Source: Dehalococcoidia bacterium (GTDB lineage: Bacteria > Chloroflexota > Dehalococcoidia > Bin125). From it: DNA of 64,000 nucleotides. Each line of letters starts with the position of its first letter. The first letter of the stretch is position 1. The stretch is taken from positions 1,632,001-1,696,000 of the forward strand of contig OY820591.1 of assembly GCA_963555985.3 (NCBI GenBank), given 5' to 3'. The translations under genes were made by a program, and so were the position numbers. Shown piece by piece: positions 28,481 through 37,184 of the stretch. The notes under the pieces are model-generated. The model was not told the DNA's origin. It did no database searches and worked only from the letters and a program-made list of their open reading frames with translations.

Positions 28481-29656
28481 TCACACCGAGGCCATCATCG
28501 GTGCAGTCTGACTGTCCGCTCCGGCGACGATCAAACGGATCGCCTCCTTGACTTCTTGTCGACGCGCCACCAGAGTTACCTTGCGCAGGTCAAGGACACC
28601 GCTTTCAACCAAGATGCCCTGATTCCCCTTCGATCGGAGGTCGAGGGCATGTATGTGCTGCGCGAGTGCATCAGTCCTTGTGCCAGCGTGTTCCTGCCGC
28701 CATTCAAAGTGACACCCTGCGATGATTCTCAACATCGTCCCGTTGTAGGCGACCGTTTGGCTTCTGCGACCGCTGATGTGATCAGGCTCAAGATCGTCGC
28801 TGAGGAGCTCAACATACTCCTCTCGTGCGGCCGGGAGGAAATCGTCGACCCATTCGATGCCTTCGTCGATAATTCGAGGAAGCTCCAGCTCCGCCTGACG
28901 TTCGCGTTCCTGACTGGCTCTGCCGTAATAGCCGTACTGCAGCGTCTTGATGTTTGTCGCAAGCTGGTTGAATGGCATCAGCTTGTTGCTGGTGCGTGAC
29001 AGGGTCGACAAATTCATGTCGACGAAAGGACTGAGCCAACTGCTCTGCGCCATGACCTCTTCAGCGGCGCGGTTGAATGGATTACGCATATCAAACCGGG
29101 CGGTCGTGACAGCATCCATCTTCCGCTGCTGCGCCATGTCGGCGAACATCTGCCGCATCGCCACTTCATCAGCCTCAGCGTAGAGAGCCACCGGCATATG
29201 GCACGCATCGAATCGCTCGAGGCGATCTTGATCCTCGCCATCGATTGCGGCTTTCCTGAAATCACGGATCGCCCGGCGACGATGTTGGCCATCGAGGATC
29301 TTCAGGCTCTGTGCTCTGCCCTTTTGGATGCGGAGTTCCCCTATCACTGGTGCACCAGTTCCGTCATCCTCTTCCCAAAGCTCAAACTCGATCATCGCAG
29401 GATCGAGGCTCAGGGTGATTGGTCCTAGGACCCAGGAATCGACCCGCCCGAGGTAATCCTGAATTGCTCTGGCATGATTGTGGTTGAATCGGCGATTGTG
29501 AGTGATGATCTTGCTGTCGACATCCGTGGGCAGCGCGTCGTCGAAGTCACCCATCGGGAGGGAGAAATAGTAAACCGACCTACCACCTTGGGCGAGGCGC
29601 TGTGCCGGCTCACGGATCGCGAATGCCGTTGGCTGTCTCTGGATCTTAACTGCCAC
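28481..29656 (-). CDS. DGQHR-domain (DndB-like, ParB/Srx-fold) protein
   Basis: QGGRSVY, NRRFNHNHARAIQDYL, LKILDGQHRRRAI, RQMFAD. AGAGGAAGGA RBS. Confidence 0.85.
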   Translation of the reverse strand: MAVKIQRQPTAFAIREPAQRLAQGGRSVYYFSLPMGDFDDALPTDVDSKIITHNRRFNHNHARAIQDYLGRVDSWVLGPITLSLDPAMIEFELWEEDDGTGAPVIGELRIQKGRAQSLKILDGQHRRRAIRDFRKAAIDGEDQDRLERFDACHMPVALYAEADEVAMRQMFADMAQQRKMDAVTTARFDMRNPFNRAAEEVMAQSSWLSPFVDMNLSTLSRTSNKLMPFNQLATNIKTLQYGYYGRASQERERQAELELPRIIDEGIEWVDDFLPAAREEYVELLSDDLEPDHISGRRSQTVAYNGTMLRIIAGCHFEWRQEHAGTRTDALAQHIHALDLRSKGNQGILVESGVLDLRKVTLVARRQEVKEAIRLIVAGADSQTAPMMASV

Positions 29657-29874
29657 AACGATGTCCTTCCTCTAAGCGCGACGATTAAAGATTCACGAAG
29701 CGCTTCATGTACAGGTTATTTTGCCTGTTCAGTGGACTCTTGTCAACCGGCCCCGTGTATACCGCGATACGATCTCTAGAGTGTGTCGCGGGCGTTCGAC
29801 GGATCGCGGTGAATCTGATGGCCGTAGCTGCTTGCCTCCATCTCTCAATTCCGCCGTCCGGACGCCACTTCCGC

Positions 29875-30111
29875 ATGAAGAACCGTCTGGAGTGTTGGCG
29901 CTGCGCCCTCCGCAACCGGCGAATGCTCCGCCGCTCGATCCTGACCAGCGCAGTCGTCGGGACGATCCTCGTGGCGATCAATCAGGGAACCGTGATCGTC
30001 GCCGGCGATGGCACGTGGGAACTGGCCTGGAAGATCCCACTGACCTACTGCGTCCCGTTCCTGGTCGCCTCCTGGGGTGCGCTGGGCAACGCCTACGCGC
30101 GCAGCGATTAG
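29875..30111 (+). CDS. NrtS-family small membrane protein
   Basis: VVGTILVAINQG...KIPLTYCVPFLVAS signature. Confidence 0.7.
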   Translation: MKNRLECWRCALRNRRMLRRSILTSAVVGTILVAINQGTVIVAGDGTWELAWKIPLTYCVPFLVASWGALGNAYARSD

Positions 30112-31487
30112 GTGCGAATCCCCTGATCACGCAGCCGTGCGATCAGGTCCTCTTGCGTACCCGTGCCCTTCGTCGAATTGCACGCCCCGCAGAGCAGTTG
30201 CAGATTCTCAATGTGATCAGTGCCCCCGCGAGAACGCGCCACGACATGATCGATCGTCATGTTGCGGAACGGGAACCAGGTCAGACAACCGTTGCAGCGA
30301 CCCTCTTGCGCGCCGTAGAGCAACTGCCTGTTCGACGGCGAACTGTACGGCGGCAAATCGCCCAGGTCAGTCCGCTGGGGGACATCGGTGCGGTGCGCTC
30401 CGGTGTAGAACAGGCCCAGCTCGCGCTGCATACGAGTGCGGACGAGCTCGGCCGCCTTTGGTGAAATGTCGATCCCGACCCACTGACGCTCCAACTTCTC
30501 CGCCGCCACGCACGCAGTCGCGCAACCGCAGAACGGATCGAAGACGAGATCGCCTGGGTGGGACGAGAGCGAGACGATCCGCTCCAGCAAGGCAAGAGGC
30601 TTCTGCGTCGGATAGCCAGTGCGCTCTCTGGCCCGTCCCTGGATCGGGCCAATGTCATCCCAGACTGAATCAACTGCGCGTCCGGGCTGTTCGTCCAGGT
30701 AGCGCTTGTAGCGAGGGACGCGCCCAGGTGCTGTCTGAACGACGCGACCTTGGGCGAGCGCCTGCTCCATCCGCTCGCGCGTCCAGCGCCAGACTCGATG
30801 AACGCCCAAAAACTCGTAGGTCAGATTCGGGCGGTTCCGATTGGGGTTCGTGAGATCCGTAAGCTGATAGCGCCGCCCCGTTTCTGGCTCGATGTGTCGA
30901 TAGGCTCGCTCCGCGTATTCGGCGTCGTGCGGCTGGTACTGAGCGTGGTACGTCGCGGCGTCGGAGAGCGCATAGCGCAGGAGCAAATCGTGGTTGTTGG
31001 CCATGTTCCGCGTGGCCAGGCCTTTCGCTCGTTGCCGACGCCAGATGATGTCGTTGCGGAACTGCGCCTGGCCGAAAATCGAGTCCATCACCGTCTTCAG
31101 GTAGTGACCGGCGGTCAAGTCGCAATGCAGATAGATGGTGCCGTCCGGCTTCAGGATGCGCTTCAGCTCCAACAGCCGCACCGACATCATGATCAGGTAG
31201 GCCTTCATCGGCCTCCCGTGCGAGAGCCCCGCCGACTCAATCACCGCCGCCAGCGCCGGCTCGCGCTCCGCCACTTCGCCGTGCCAGGCGACATCGAAAT
31301 CGTTCAGCGTCCAGGTGTCCTTGAAGGCAGCGGGCGCGGCCTCCGAGCCGATCGGCGCAGCGTAGTCGCGGTTGGAGTTGAACGGCGGATCGAGGTAGAT
31401 CAGGTCGACAGAAGCGGAGTTCATGCCCCGCATGATGTCGATGTTGTCACCCGTCCAGAGCGTCTGATTGGCCCAGTTCGGCGGCAT
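30108..31487 (-). CDS. Beta-class N6/N4 DNA methyltransferase fused to C-terminal HNH endonuclease (copy A)
   Basis: DLIYLDPPF, YPTQKP, DPFCGCAT, then CNGC...IDHVVARSRGGTDHIENLQLLCGACNSTKG. Confidence 0.9.
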   Translation of the reverse strand: MPPNWANQTLWTGDNIDIMRGMNSASVDLIYLDPPFNSNRDYAAPIGSEAAPAAFKDTWTLNDFDVAWHGEVAEREPALAAVIESAGLSHGRPMKAYLIMMSVRLLELKRILKPDGTIYLHCDLTAGHYLKTVMDSIFGQAQFRNDIIWRRQRAKGLATRNMANNHDLLLRYALSDAATYHAQYQPHDAEYAERAYRHIEPETGRRYQLTDLTNPNRNRPNLTYEFLGVHRVWRWTRERMEQALAQGRVVQTAPGRVPRYKRYLDEQPGRAVDSVWDDIGPIQGRARERTGYPTQKPLALLERIVSLSSHPGDLVFDPFCGCATACVAAEKLERQWVGIDISPKAAELVRTRMQRELGLFYTGAHRTDVPQRTDLGDLPPYSSPSNRQLLYGAQEGRCNGCLTWFPFRNMTIDHVVARSRGGTDHIENLQLLCGACNSTKGTGTQEDLIARLRDQGIRT

Positions 31488-31554
31488 GGACTCACTCTAG
31501 CGGGGGAGACCCAGGCCTCTCGTAGCACAACGATGTCGCATGAACTTCGCTGTC

Positions 31555-31740
31555 TCACAGGCATTCGCTGCCACCGATCGCCGGCCGGCGCTCAACGCAA
31601 CGGGCACACACCCAGATCGCCCAAAGCGCAGATTCAGCGGTCGGAGCGCTCGGGCATGAGATTCTGTGACCTACTGCGCACCGAATCCCAGCGGCGTCCG
31701 GGCGTGCATTGGGTAACACATGGACGTGAGACTGAGCCAA
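31555..31740 (-). CDS. Possible small Cys-rich protein
   Basis: TTG-start ORF with CxxGH...C...CxxC, just downstream of the 46-aa ORF. No clear RBS. Confidence 0.3.
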   Translation of the reverse strand: MAQSHVHVLPNARPDAAGIRCAVGHRISCPSAPTAESALWAIWVCARCVERRPAIGGSECL

Positions 31741-31758
31741 AGATCCGCTGGTTATCAG

Positions 31759-31899
31759 TCAGCTCTTCTTCTTCGGCGCTTTGGGGCGCGGCCGTTCGTC
31801 GTAACGGCCGCGATCGTCACGACCGACCAGACGCTCTTCCGTCTGGCCATCCCTGTCCGGGTCTTGTGGTTCACGCCGTCGGCGCGTCTGCTTTGCCAT
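31759..31899 (-). CDS. 46-aa highly charged small protein (below ORF-track cutoff)
   Basis: AGGAGAAGG RBS; MAKQTRRRREPQDPDRDGQTEERLVGRDDRGRYDERPRPKAPKKKS*. Confidence 0.55.
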   Translation of the reverse strand: MAKQTRRRREPQDPDRDGQTEERLVGRDDRGRYDERPRPKAPKKKS

Positions 31900-31977
31900 G
31901 GTGCCTTCTCCTAACCAAGTCCGATCGGTCACCTCGATCTTCTAGAGGCCAGCGTATCGGGGCTGGAGCGCTTTGGA

Positions 31978-32030
31978 TGAGACAATTGATCAGACATATA
32001 AACCATTTGTCAGATTATGTCAGGTAAAGA
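31978..32030 (-). promoter_or_regulatory. AT-rich putative promoter/operator
   Basis: Local AT-rich patch with repeated TGTCAG and AGACA boxes upstream of the 46-aa ORF. Confidence 0.35.
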
Positions 32031-32092
32031 CTGGGACGCGAGTGATTGAGGAAGAGCAGGCTCTTGAAGCGCTAGTGGCTCGGTTCGCCCCA

Positions 32093-33532
32093 CTACCGAA
32101 TTCCTTGGCTGCGCAGTTTGGCCACCAACTCCTCCTGCGTCCCCGTACCCTTTGTCGAGTTGCAGGCACCACAGAGGAGTTGGAGATTCTCGATATGGTC
32201 AGTGCCGCCGCGCGAGCGCGGAACGATGTGGTCAACTGTCATGTTGCGGAACGGGAAGGACGTCAGACACCCCATACATTTCCCTTCCTGTTGTCCGAAG
32301 AGTCTTCGTCGATTGATAACCGACGCCGGGGGTGGAATAGGGCCGAGGTCCGTTCGCTTCGGGATGTCAGTGCGATGCGAACCGGTGAAGAACAGCCCGA
32401 GTTCATCCTTGAGCCGCGTGACTACGAGGTCCGCCGCTTTGGGGGCAATGTCGATCCCTACCCATTGTCGTTCAAGATCCTCAGCCGCGACGCATGCGGT
32501 AGCGCAGCCACAGAACGGGTCGAGCACCACATCGCCGGGATTCGAGGACGCGGCAATAAGTCTCTTGACGAGGTCCACGGGCTTCTGTGTGGGGTAGCCG
32601 GTGTCCTCCGCACCAGTTACACGAAAAATGTCGATGATGATGTCGCCAACATGCACCCCCTCGCGCATCGAGAGGTAGCTCTTGTAGCGAGGGTTTCCTG
32701 TCTGTGACCAGTGAATCAGACTGGCGGAATCCAGCGCCTCGCATTTTGCGATCGGGCCGAGCTGCTCGTAGTTGTTCGGAAGGAGGGCTTGTGCATCAGG
32801 TGGAAATTTCTCACGCCGTGGAGGCGCCCAAGCACGCCCTGCCGATGGCAAGATTCCTCTGAACTCTCCGTAGGCCTCTGGTCCGCCCGGTCGACCGCCC
32901 GTCAGCGGCTGCGTGTTGTACTTCCCAAGGTCATCCTCGTACCGAAACGTCGCCAGGTACTTCTCGGAGAATTCGACATACTGCTGATTCCATGTAGATT
33001 CCTTGCTCATGCGGTAATACAGGATGCGGTCGGAATTTCTCGCGTACTTCCGAATACTCAGAGCCTTACTCGAATGGCGCTGCCAAGTGAGCGCATTGCA
33101 GAACGCATCACTTCCGAAAATGGAGTCCAGTGTGAGTTTCAGATATGCGTCTGCGTAATCGTCGCAGTGCAGATAGATGCTCCCCGTCGGCTTGAGCAAG
33201 CGCCTCATTTCGAGGAGTCTGACCGACATCATCACCAAGTACGCCTTCATGCTGTCGCCATTGGCGGCCCCCGCCGCCTCGATTACTCGATAGAGACCCG
33301 GTTCGACATCAGCGATTTCACCGTGCCAAGCGAGATCGACGTCTTCGAGTGTCCACACATCCTTGAATTGAGCACCTTCCGCTGGGCTCCCAATGGGCGC
33401 TTCGTAGTCCTGGTCTGAGTTGTAGGGCGGATCCAGATAGATGAGGTCGACCGACTCAGAGTTCATGCCGCGCATGACATCGAGATTGTCGCCAGTCCAG
33501 ATTGTCTGATTTACCCAGTTCGGTTCACCCAC
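32093..33532 (-). CDS. Beta-class N6/N4 DNA methyltransferase fused to C-terminal HNH endonuclease (copy B)
   Basis: DLIYLDPPY, YPTQKP, DPFCGCAT, then CMGC...VDHIVPRSRGGTDHIENLQLLCGACNSTKG. GTG start chosen by alignment with copy A. Confidence 0.9.
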   Translation of the reverse strand: MGEPNWVNQTIWTGDNLDVMRGMNSESVDLIYLDPPYNSDQDYEAPIGSPAEGAQFKDVWTLEDVDLAWHGEIADVEPGLYRVIEAAGAANGDSMKAYLVMMSVRLLEMRRLLKPTGSIYLHCDDYADAYLKLTLDSIFGSDAFCNALTWQRHSSKALSIRKYARNSDRILYYRMSKESTWNQQYVEFSEKYLATFRYEDDLGKYNTQPLTGGRPGGPEAYGEFRGILPSAGRAWAPPRREKFPPDAQALLPNNYEQLGPIAKCEALDSASLIHWSQTGNPRYKSYLSMREGVHVGDIIIDIFRVTGAEDTGYPTQKPVDLVKRLIAASSNPGDVVLDPFCGCATACVAAEDLERQWVGIDIAPKAADLVVTRLKDELGLFFTGSHRTDIPKRTDLGPIPPPASVINRRRLFGQQEGKCMGCLTSFPFRNMTVDHIVPRSRGGTDHIENLQLLCGACNSTKGTGTQEELVAKLRSQGIR

Positions 33533-33568
33533 GGCGCTGGAGCCTCTCAACGTCGTTCGTCCGATGAG

Positions 33569-34765
33569 TCACCGCGGCAACCCCAGACCCCTCGTCGCAA
33601 TAATGTTCCGCTGAATCTCGCTCGTACCCGCCGCAATCGTCAGCGGTACCGCGTTCAGGTATTCGTCGGGCATTCGGCCGTGGAGGGGAGCGTGCTCGTG
33701 CTCTCCGGCGATGTTGCCTCTGAGTCCGAACATGTTGATCATTCCGGCCAGGCGCTGGTTGATCATCGTGCCGTAGAGCTTCGACATCGACGCCTCGTGG
33801 TTCGGGACCAGCCCCTGCGACTGCATCCAGGCGACGCGATAGGCGAGCCAGCGACCGACCGTGAACTCGATCTGCAAATCGGCGAGCTTGTTGCGCACGC
33901 GCACATCCTCGTCGGGACGCCGACCGTCGGGGCCGGGGATTGAGGCCAGCTCGGTCAGCTCGTTCAGCAAGCGCACCCCCGAAACGACGCGGCTAATCCC
34001 GGAGCGCTCGAAGTCGAGCGTGGTCGTCGCCACATACCAGCCGCGATTGACCTCGCCGACCATGTTCGCGCTGGGCACGCGCACATCCTCGAAGAAGACC
34101 TCGTTGAAGTGGTGGCGGTTGGCCATATTGACCAGCGGTCGCACGGTGATCCCGGGCGTCTGCATGTCGATCAGGAAAAACGAGATCCCGCGATGTTTGG
34201 GCGCGTCCGGCTCCGTGCGGGCGAGCATGAAGATCCAGTCGGCGTGCTGCGCGCCGGAGGTCCAGATCTTCTGACCGTTGATGATGTAGTCGTCGCCGTC
34301 GCGCTGAGCGCGGGTCTGGAGCGAGGCGAGGTCGGAGCCGCTGCCCGGCTCGGAGAAGCCCTGGCACCACTGGATGTCGGCGCTGCGGATGCGCGGGAGG
34401 AAATACTCCTTCTGCTGATCGGAGCCGTACATGATCAGGGTCGGCCCGACGCGGTCGACGCCCTGGTTGTAGGTGGGCGCACGGTGGTGCGCCATCGTTT
34501 CATTGAACATCGCTTGACGAACGGGACCTGCGCCTGCGCCGCCATGCTCGACCGGCCAGCCGAGCGTGAGCCAGCCGCGGTCGGCAAGCCGGTGATGGAA
34601 CTGTCGCGTGAACTGCCAGCGCGCCTCATTCGCCGCGCCGTCCTCAGCCGGCCCCTCGGAGAGGTCAGCCCAACCGGGTGGCAGTTCGTCGGCGAGGAAA
34701 TCGATCACTTCCTCACGAAAGGCGAGGTCGGCGTCGGAGAAGCGGAAGTCCATCTCGGGCTCCAT
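33569..34765 (-). CDS. Acyl-CoA dehydrogenase family protein
   Basis: WCQGFSEPGSGSDLASL, INGQKIWTSGA, FNEVFFEDVRVP, IAAGTSEIQRNII. Confidence 0.95.
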   Translation of the reverse strand: MEPEMDFRFSDADLAFREEVIDFLADELPPGWADLSEGPAEDGAANEARWQFTRQFHHRLADRGWLTLGWPVEHGGAGAGPVRQAMFNETMAHHRAPTYNQGVDRVGPTLIMYGSDQQKEYFLPRIRSADIQWCQGFSEPGSGSDLASLQTRAQRDGDDYIINGQKIWTSGAQHADWIFMLARTEPDAPKHRGISFFLIDMQTPGITVRPLVNMANRHHFNEVFFEDVRVPSANMVGEVNRGWYVATTTLDFERSGISRVVSGVRLLNELTELASIPGPDGRRPDEDVRVRNKLADLQIEFTVGRWLAYRVAWMQSQGLVPNHEASMSKLYGTMINQRLAGMINMFGLRGNIAGEHEHAPLHGRMPDEYLNAVPLTIAAGTSEIQRNIIATRGLGLPR

Positions 34766-34832
34766 CGTTGCGGCTGCTCGGCGTGCTCTGAGAGTATCAG
34801 CGACCGGAGCGGCTGACGTTAGACTCTCGCGC

Positions 34833-35990
34833 ATGGCAATCGCGAATACGGGCGCGCTGGCGCAGGTGCGGGTGCTCGATCTCACCGACGACCGCGCCAT
34901 CTACGCGGGTAAGTTGCTGGGCGATCTAGGCGCGGAGGTGGTGCGCCTGGAACCGCCCGGCGGCGATCCGCTGCGCGAGCGCGCGCCCTTCCACGCTGAG
35001 AGCGGCGCATCGCTCTGGCACGCCTTCTTCGCCAGCTCTCGCCGTTTCGTCGCAGTCGCAGACGAGCCCGCCGCAATTCGCGCACTCGCCTCCGAAGCCG
35101 ACATCGTGCTCGATTGCGGGCGGCTCGCCGCCGCGGGATTGAGCGGCGAGCAGCTAATCGCGGCGAATCCGCCACTTGTAGTGGTGGATGTCAGTTCGTT
35201 CGGCCCGGACGGGCCGTGGGCCGACTATCTCGCGCCCGGGTTAGTGGCCGAGGCGCTCGGTGGCGTCGCGGCAACGAGCGGCGACGCGGACACGCCGCCG
35301 CTCAAGCTCTACGGAGACCAGTACGCCTTCGTCGCCGGAACCTACGCAGCCGTGGGGGCGCTGTCGGCGCTGCGACATGCGAGAGTGGCCGGAGCAGGTC
35401 AGGTCGTTCGGCTATCGGTGCATGAGGCGTTGTCGAGCATCCTCGAGCACGTGTTGATGTGGGCTTGGTATCACGAGTTACTGCCCTTTGCCGACGGTCC
35501 GGTCTTGCCGCGCCAGGGATCGCTGCACTGGTCGGGCGCCTATGTGGTGATGCAGGCGCTCGGCGGCTCGATCATGATCACGCCGACGCCCGACTTTCAG
35601 AAGCAAGTCGTCTGGCTGATTGAGGAGGACACCGGACTGGAGCTGCTGGATGAACGCTTCCTCGACCCGGCCAATCTGGCTGAGATGGTCGAACTGACCA
35701 TGAACACGCTGCGCGAATGGGTCGGAACGAAGGAGGTGGAGCCGTTCTTCCACGAGGCGCAGGGGCGGCATCACCCCTACGGCTGGGTGATGACGACGCC
35801 GGAAGTCGCCGCCAATCCGCAACTGGAGGCGCGCGATTGGTGGACGGACTACCAAGCCGACGGCGCGTCTGTAACGGGACCGGGCGCGCCCTATCACTTC
35901 TCGGCGACTCCGTGGTCGCTCGCGGACGGCGGAGACACGCGCTCGGTCTCGGCGGACGAAGTGATCAACGCAGTGGGTTGGGGCGACTGA
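34833..35990 (+). CDS. Class III CoA-transferase subunit (CaiB/BaiF, BbsE-like)
   Basis: VRVLDLT, KLLGDLGAEVVRLEPPGGDPLR, SSFGPDGPW. Confidence 0.85.
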   Translation: MAIANTGALAQVRVLDLTDDRAIYAGKLLGDLGAEVVRLEPPGGDPLRERAPFHAESGASLWHAFFASSRRFVAVADEPAAIRALASEADIVLDCGRLAAAGLSGEQLIAANPPLVVVDVSSFGPDGPWADYLAPGLVAEALGGVAATSGDADTPPLKLYGDQYAFVAGTYAAVGALSALRHARVAGAGQVVRLSVHEALSSILEHVLMWAWYHELLPFADGPVLPRQGSLHWSGAYVVMQALGGSIMITPTPDFQKQVVWLIEEDTGLELLDERFLDPANLAEMVELTMNTLREWVGTKEVEPFFHEAQGRHHPYGWVMTTPEVAANPQLEARDWWTDYQADGASVTGPGAPYHFSATPWSLADGGDTRSVSADEVINAVGWGD

Positions 35991-37183
35991 TGGCAGGGCC
36001 GCTTGAGGGCGTGCGCATTCTCGATTTCACGCACGTACTGGCGGGCCCGTTCTGCACGCGCGTGCTCGGCGACATGGGCGCGGATGTGGTCAAGATCATG
36101 ACGTCGACGCGGGCGGGGCTCGCGGGCGGGCCGGAGCATCCGTACCACGTGATGTGGAATCGCAACAAGCGGGTGCTGCAATTGGATCTCAGCCGCGACG
36201 AAGCGCGTGCGATCGCACGCGACCTCGCGCTCAAGGCCGATGTGGTGATCGACAACTTCTCAGTCGGCGTGCTCGACCGCTGGGGGCTGGGCTACGAATC
36301 GGTTGCGGCGGAACATCCCGGCGTGATCTACGTCGGCATGAGCGGCATGGGTGTGACCGGGCCGTGGGCGTCGTATGTGACCTACGCGCCGACCGTTCAC
36401 GCGCTGGCGGGGCTGACCTATCTGACCGGCGTTCCGGGGCGGAATGACATCGGGATTGGCTTCTCCTACAACGACCACATGGCTGGACTGCACGGAGCGG
36501 TCGCGGTGCTGGCGGCGCTCGAAGCTCGGCGGGCAACCGGCCGCGGCCAACGAGTAGACATGTCGCAGTTCGAGGTCGGGGTGACGTTCTCAGGCGTGGC
36601 CCTGTTGGACTGGTTCGCTAATGGGATCGCAGCGGAACCGGTCGGGAACGATCCGGCCTGGGAGCGCTGGGCGCCTCATGCGGTCTACCCGTGCAGCGGA
36701 GAAGACGCCTGGGTTGCGATCGCGGTCGTGTCGGATGATCAGTGGCGTTCATTATGTCGTGTTCTAGACGCTTCGGACTGGGCGGCGGACGCGAGCTTGG
36801 CGACCACGGAAGGTCGCTGGGGGCGGCGATCCGAATTGGATGAACGCATCGCCGAATGGACCTCGGTTCGTAACCGATATGAGATTATGGAAATCTTGCA
36901 AGCGGCCGGAGTCCCGGCCGGAGTCGTGCAGACCGGCGAAGACCTGACCACCCGCGATCCGCAGCTTCGACACGCCGAGATGTACTTCACGTTCGAGGAG
37001 ACGCATCCAGCCCTGGGAGAGGTACATGGCGACCGTTTACCGCTGCAATTTTCAGCGACGCCGGTGAGCGAGTACCGGCGCAGCGAGATGTTCGGCGAGT
37101 CGAATGCGTCGGTCGCGGCGGACTGGCTGGGCATGAGCGCCGACGAGGTGGCCAAGCTCGAAGCCGACGGCATCTTCGAATAA
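35990..37183 (+). CDS. Class III CoA-transferase subunit (CaiB/BaiF, BbsF-like)
   Basis: PLEGVRILDFTHVLAGP, NRNKR, ADVVIDNF, GFSYND catalytic Asp. TGATG coupling to the previous gene. Confidence 0.9.
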   Translation: MAGPLEGVRILDFTHVLAGPFCTRVLGDMGADVVKIMTSTRAGLAGGPEHPYHVMWNRNKRVLQLDLSRDEARAIARDLALKADVVIDNFSVGVLDRWGLGYESVAAEHPGVIYVGMSGMGVTGPWASYVTYAPTVHALAGLTYLTGVPGRNDIGIGFSYNDHMAGLHGAVAVLAALEARRATGRGQRVDMSQFEVGVTFSGVALLDWFANGIAAEPVGNDPAWERWAPHAVYPCSGEDAWVAIAVVSDDQWRSLCRVLDASDWAADASLATTEGRWGRRSELDERIAEWTSVRNRYEIMEILQAAGVPAGVVQTGEDLTTRDPQLRHAEMYFTFEETHPALGEVHGDRLPLQFSATPVSEYRRSEMFGESNASVAADWLGMSADEVAKLEADGIFE

Positions 37184-37184
37184 C

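Noticed and set aside
28481-29656. dnd phosphorothioation system
   Set aside because: Only a DGQHR protein is present; dndA, C, D and E are absent here.
30108-33532. Type III RM (mod/res) locus
   Set aside because: No helicase-type Res gene nearby; each MTase carries its own HNH domain.
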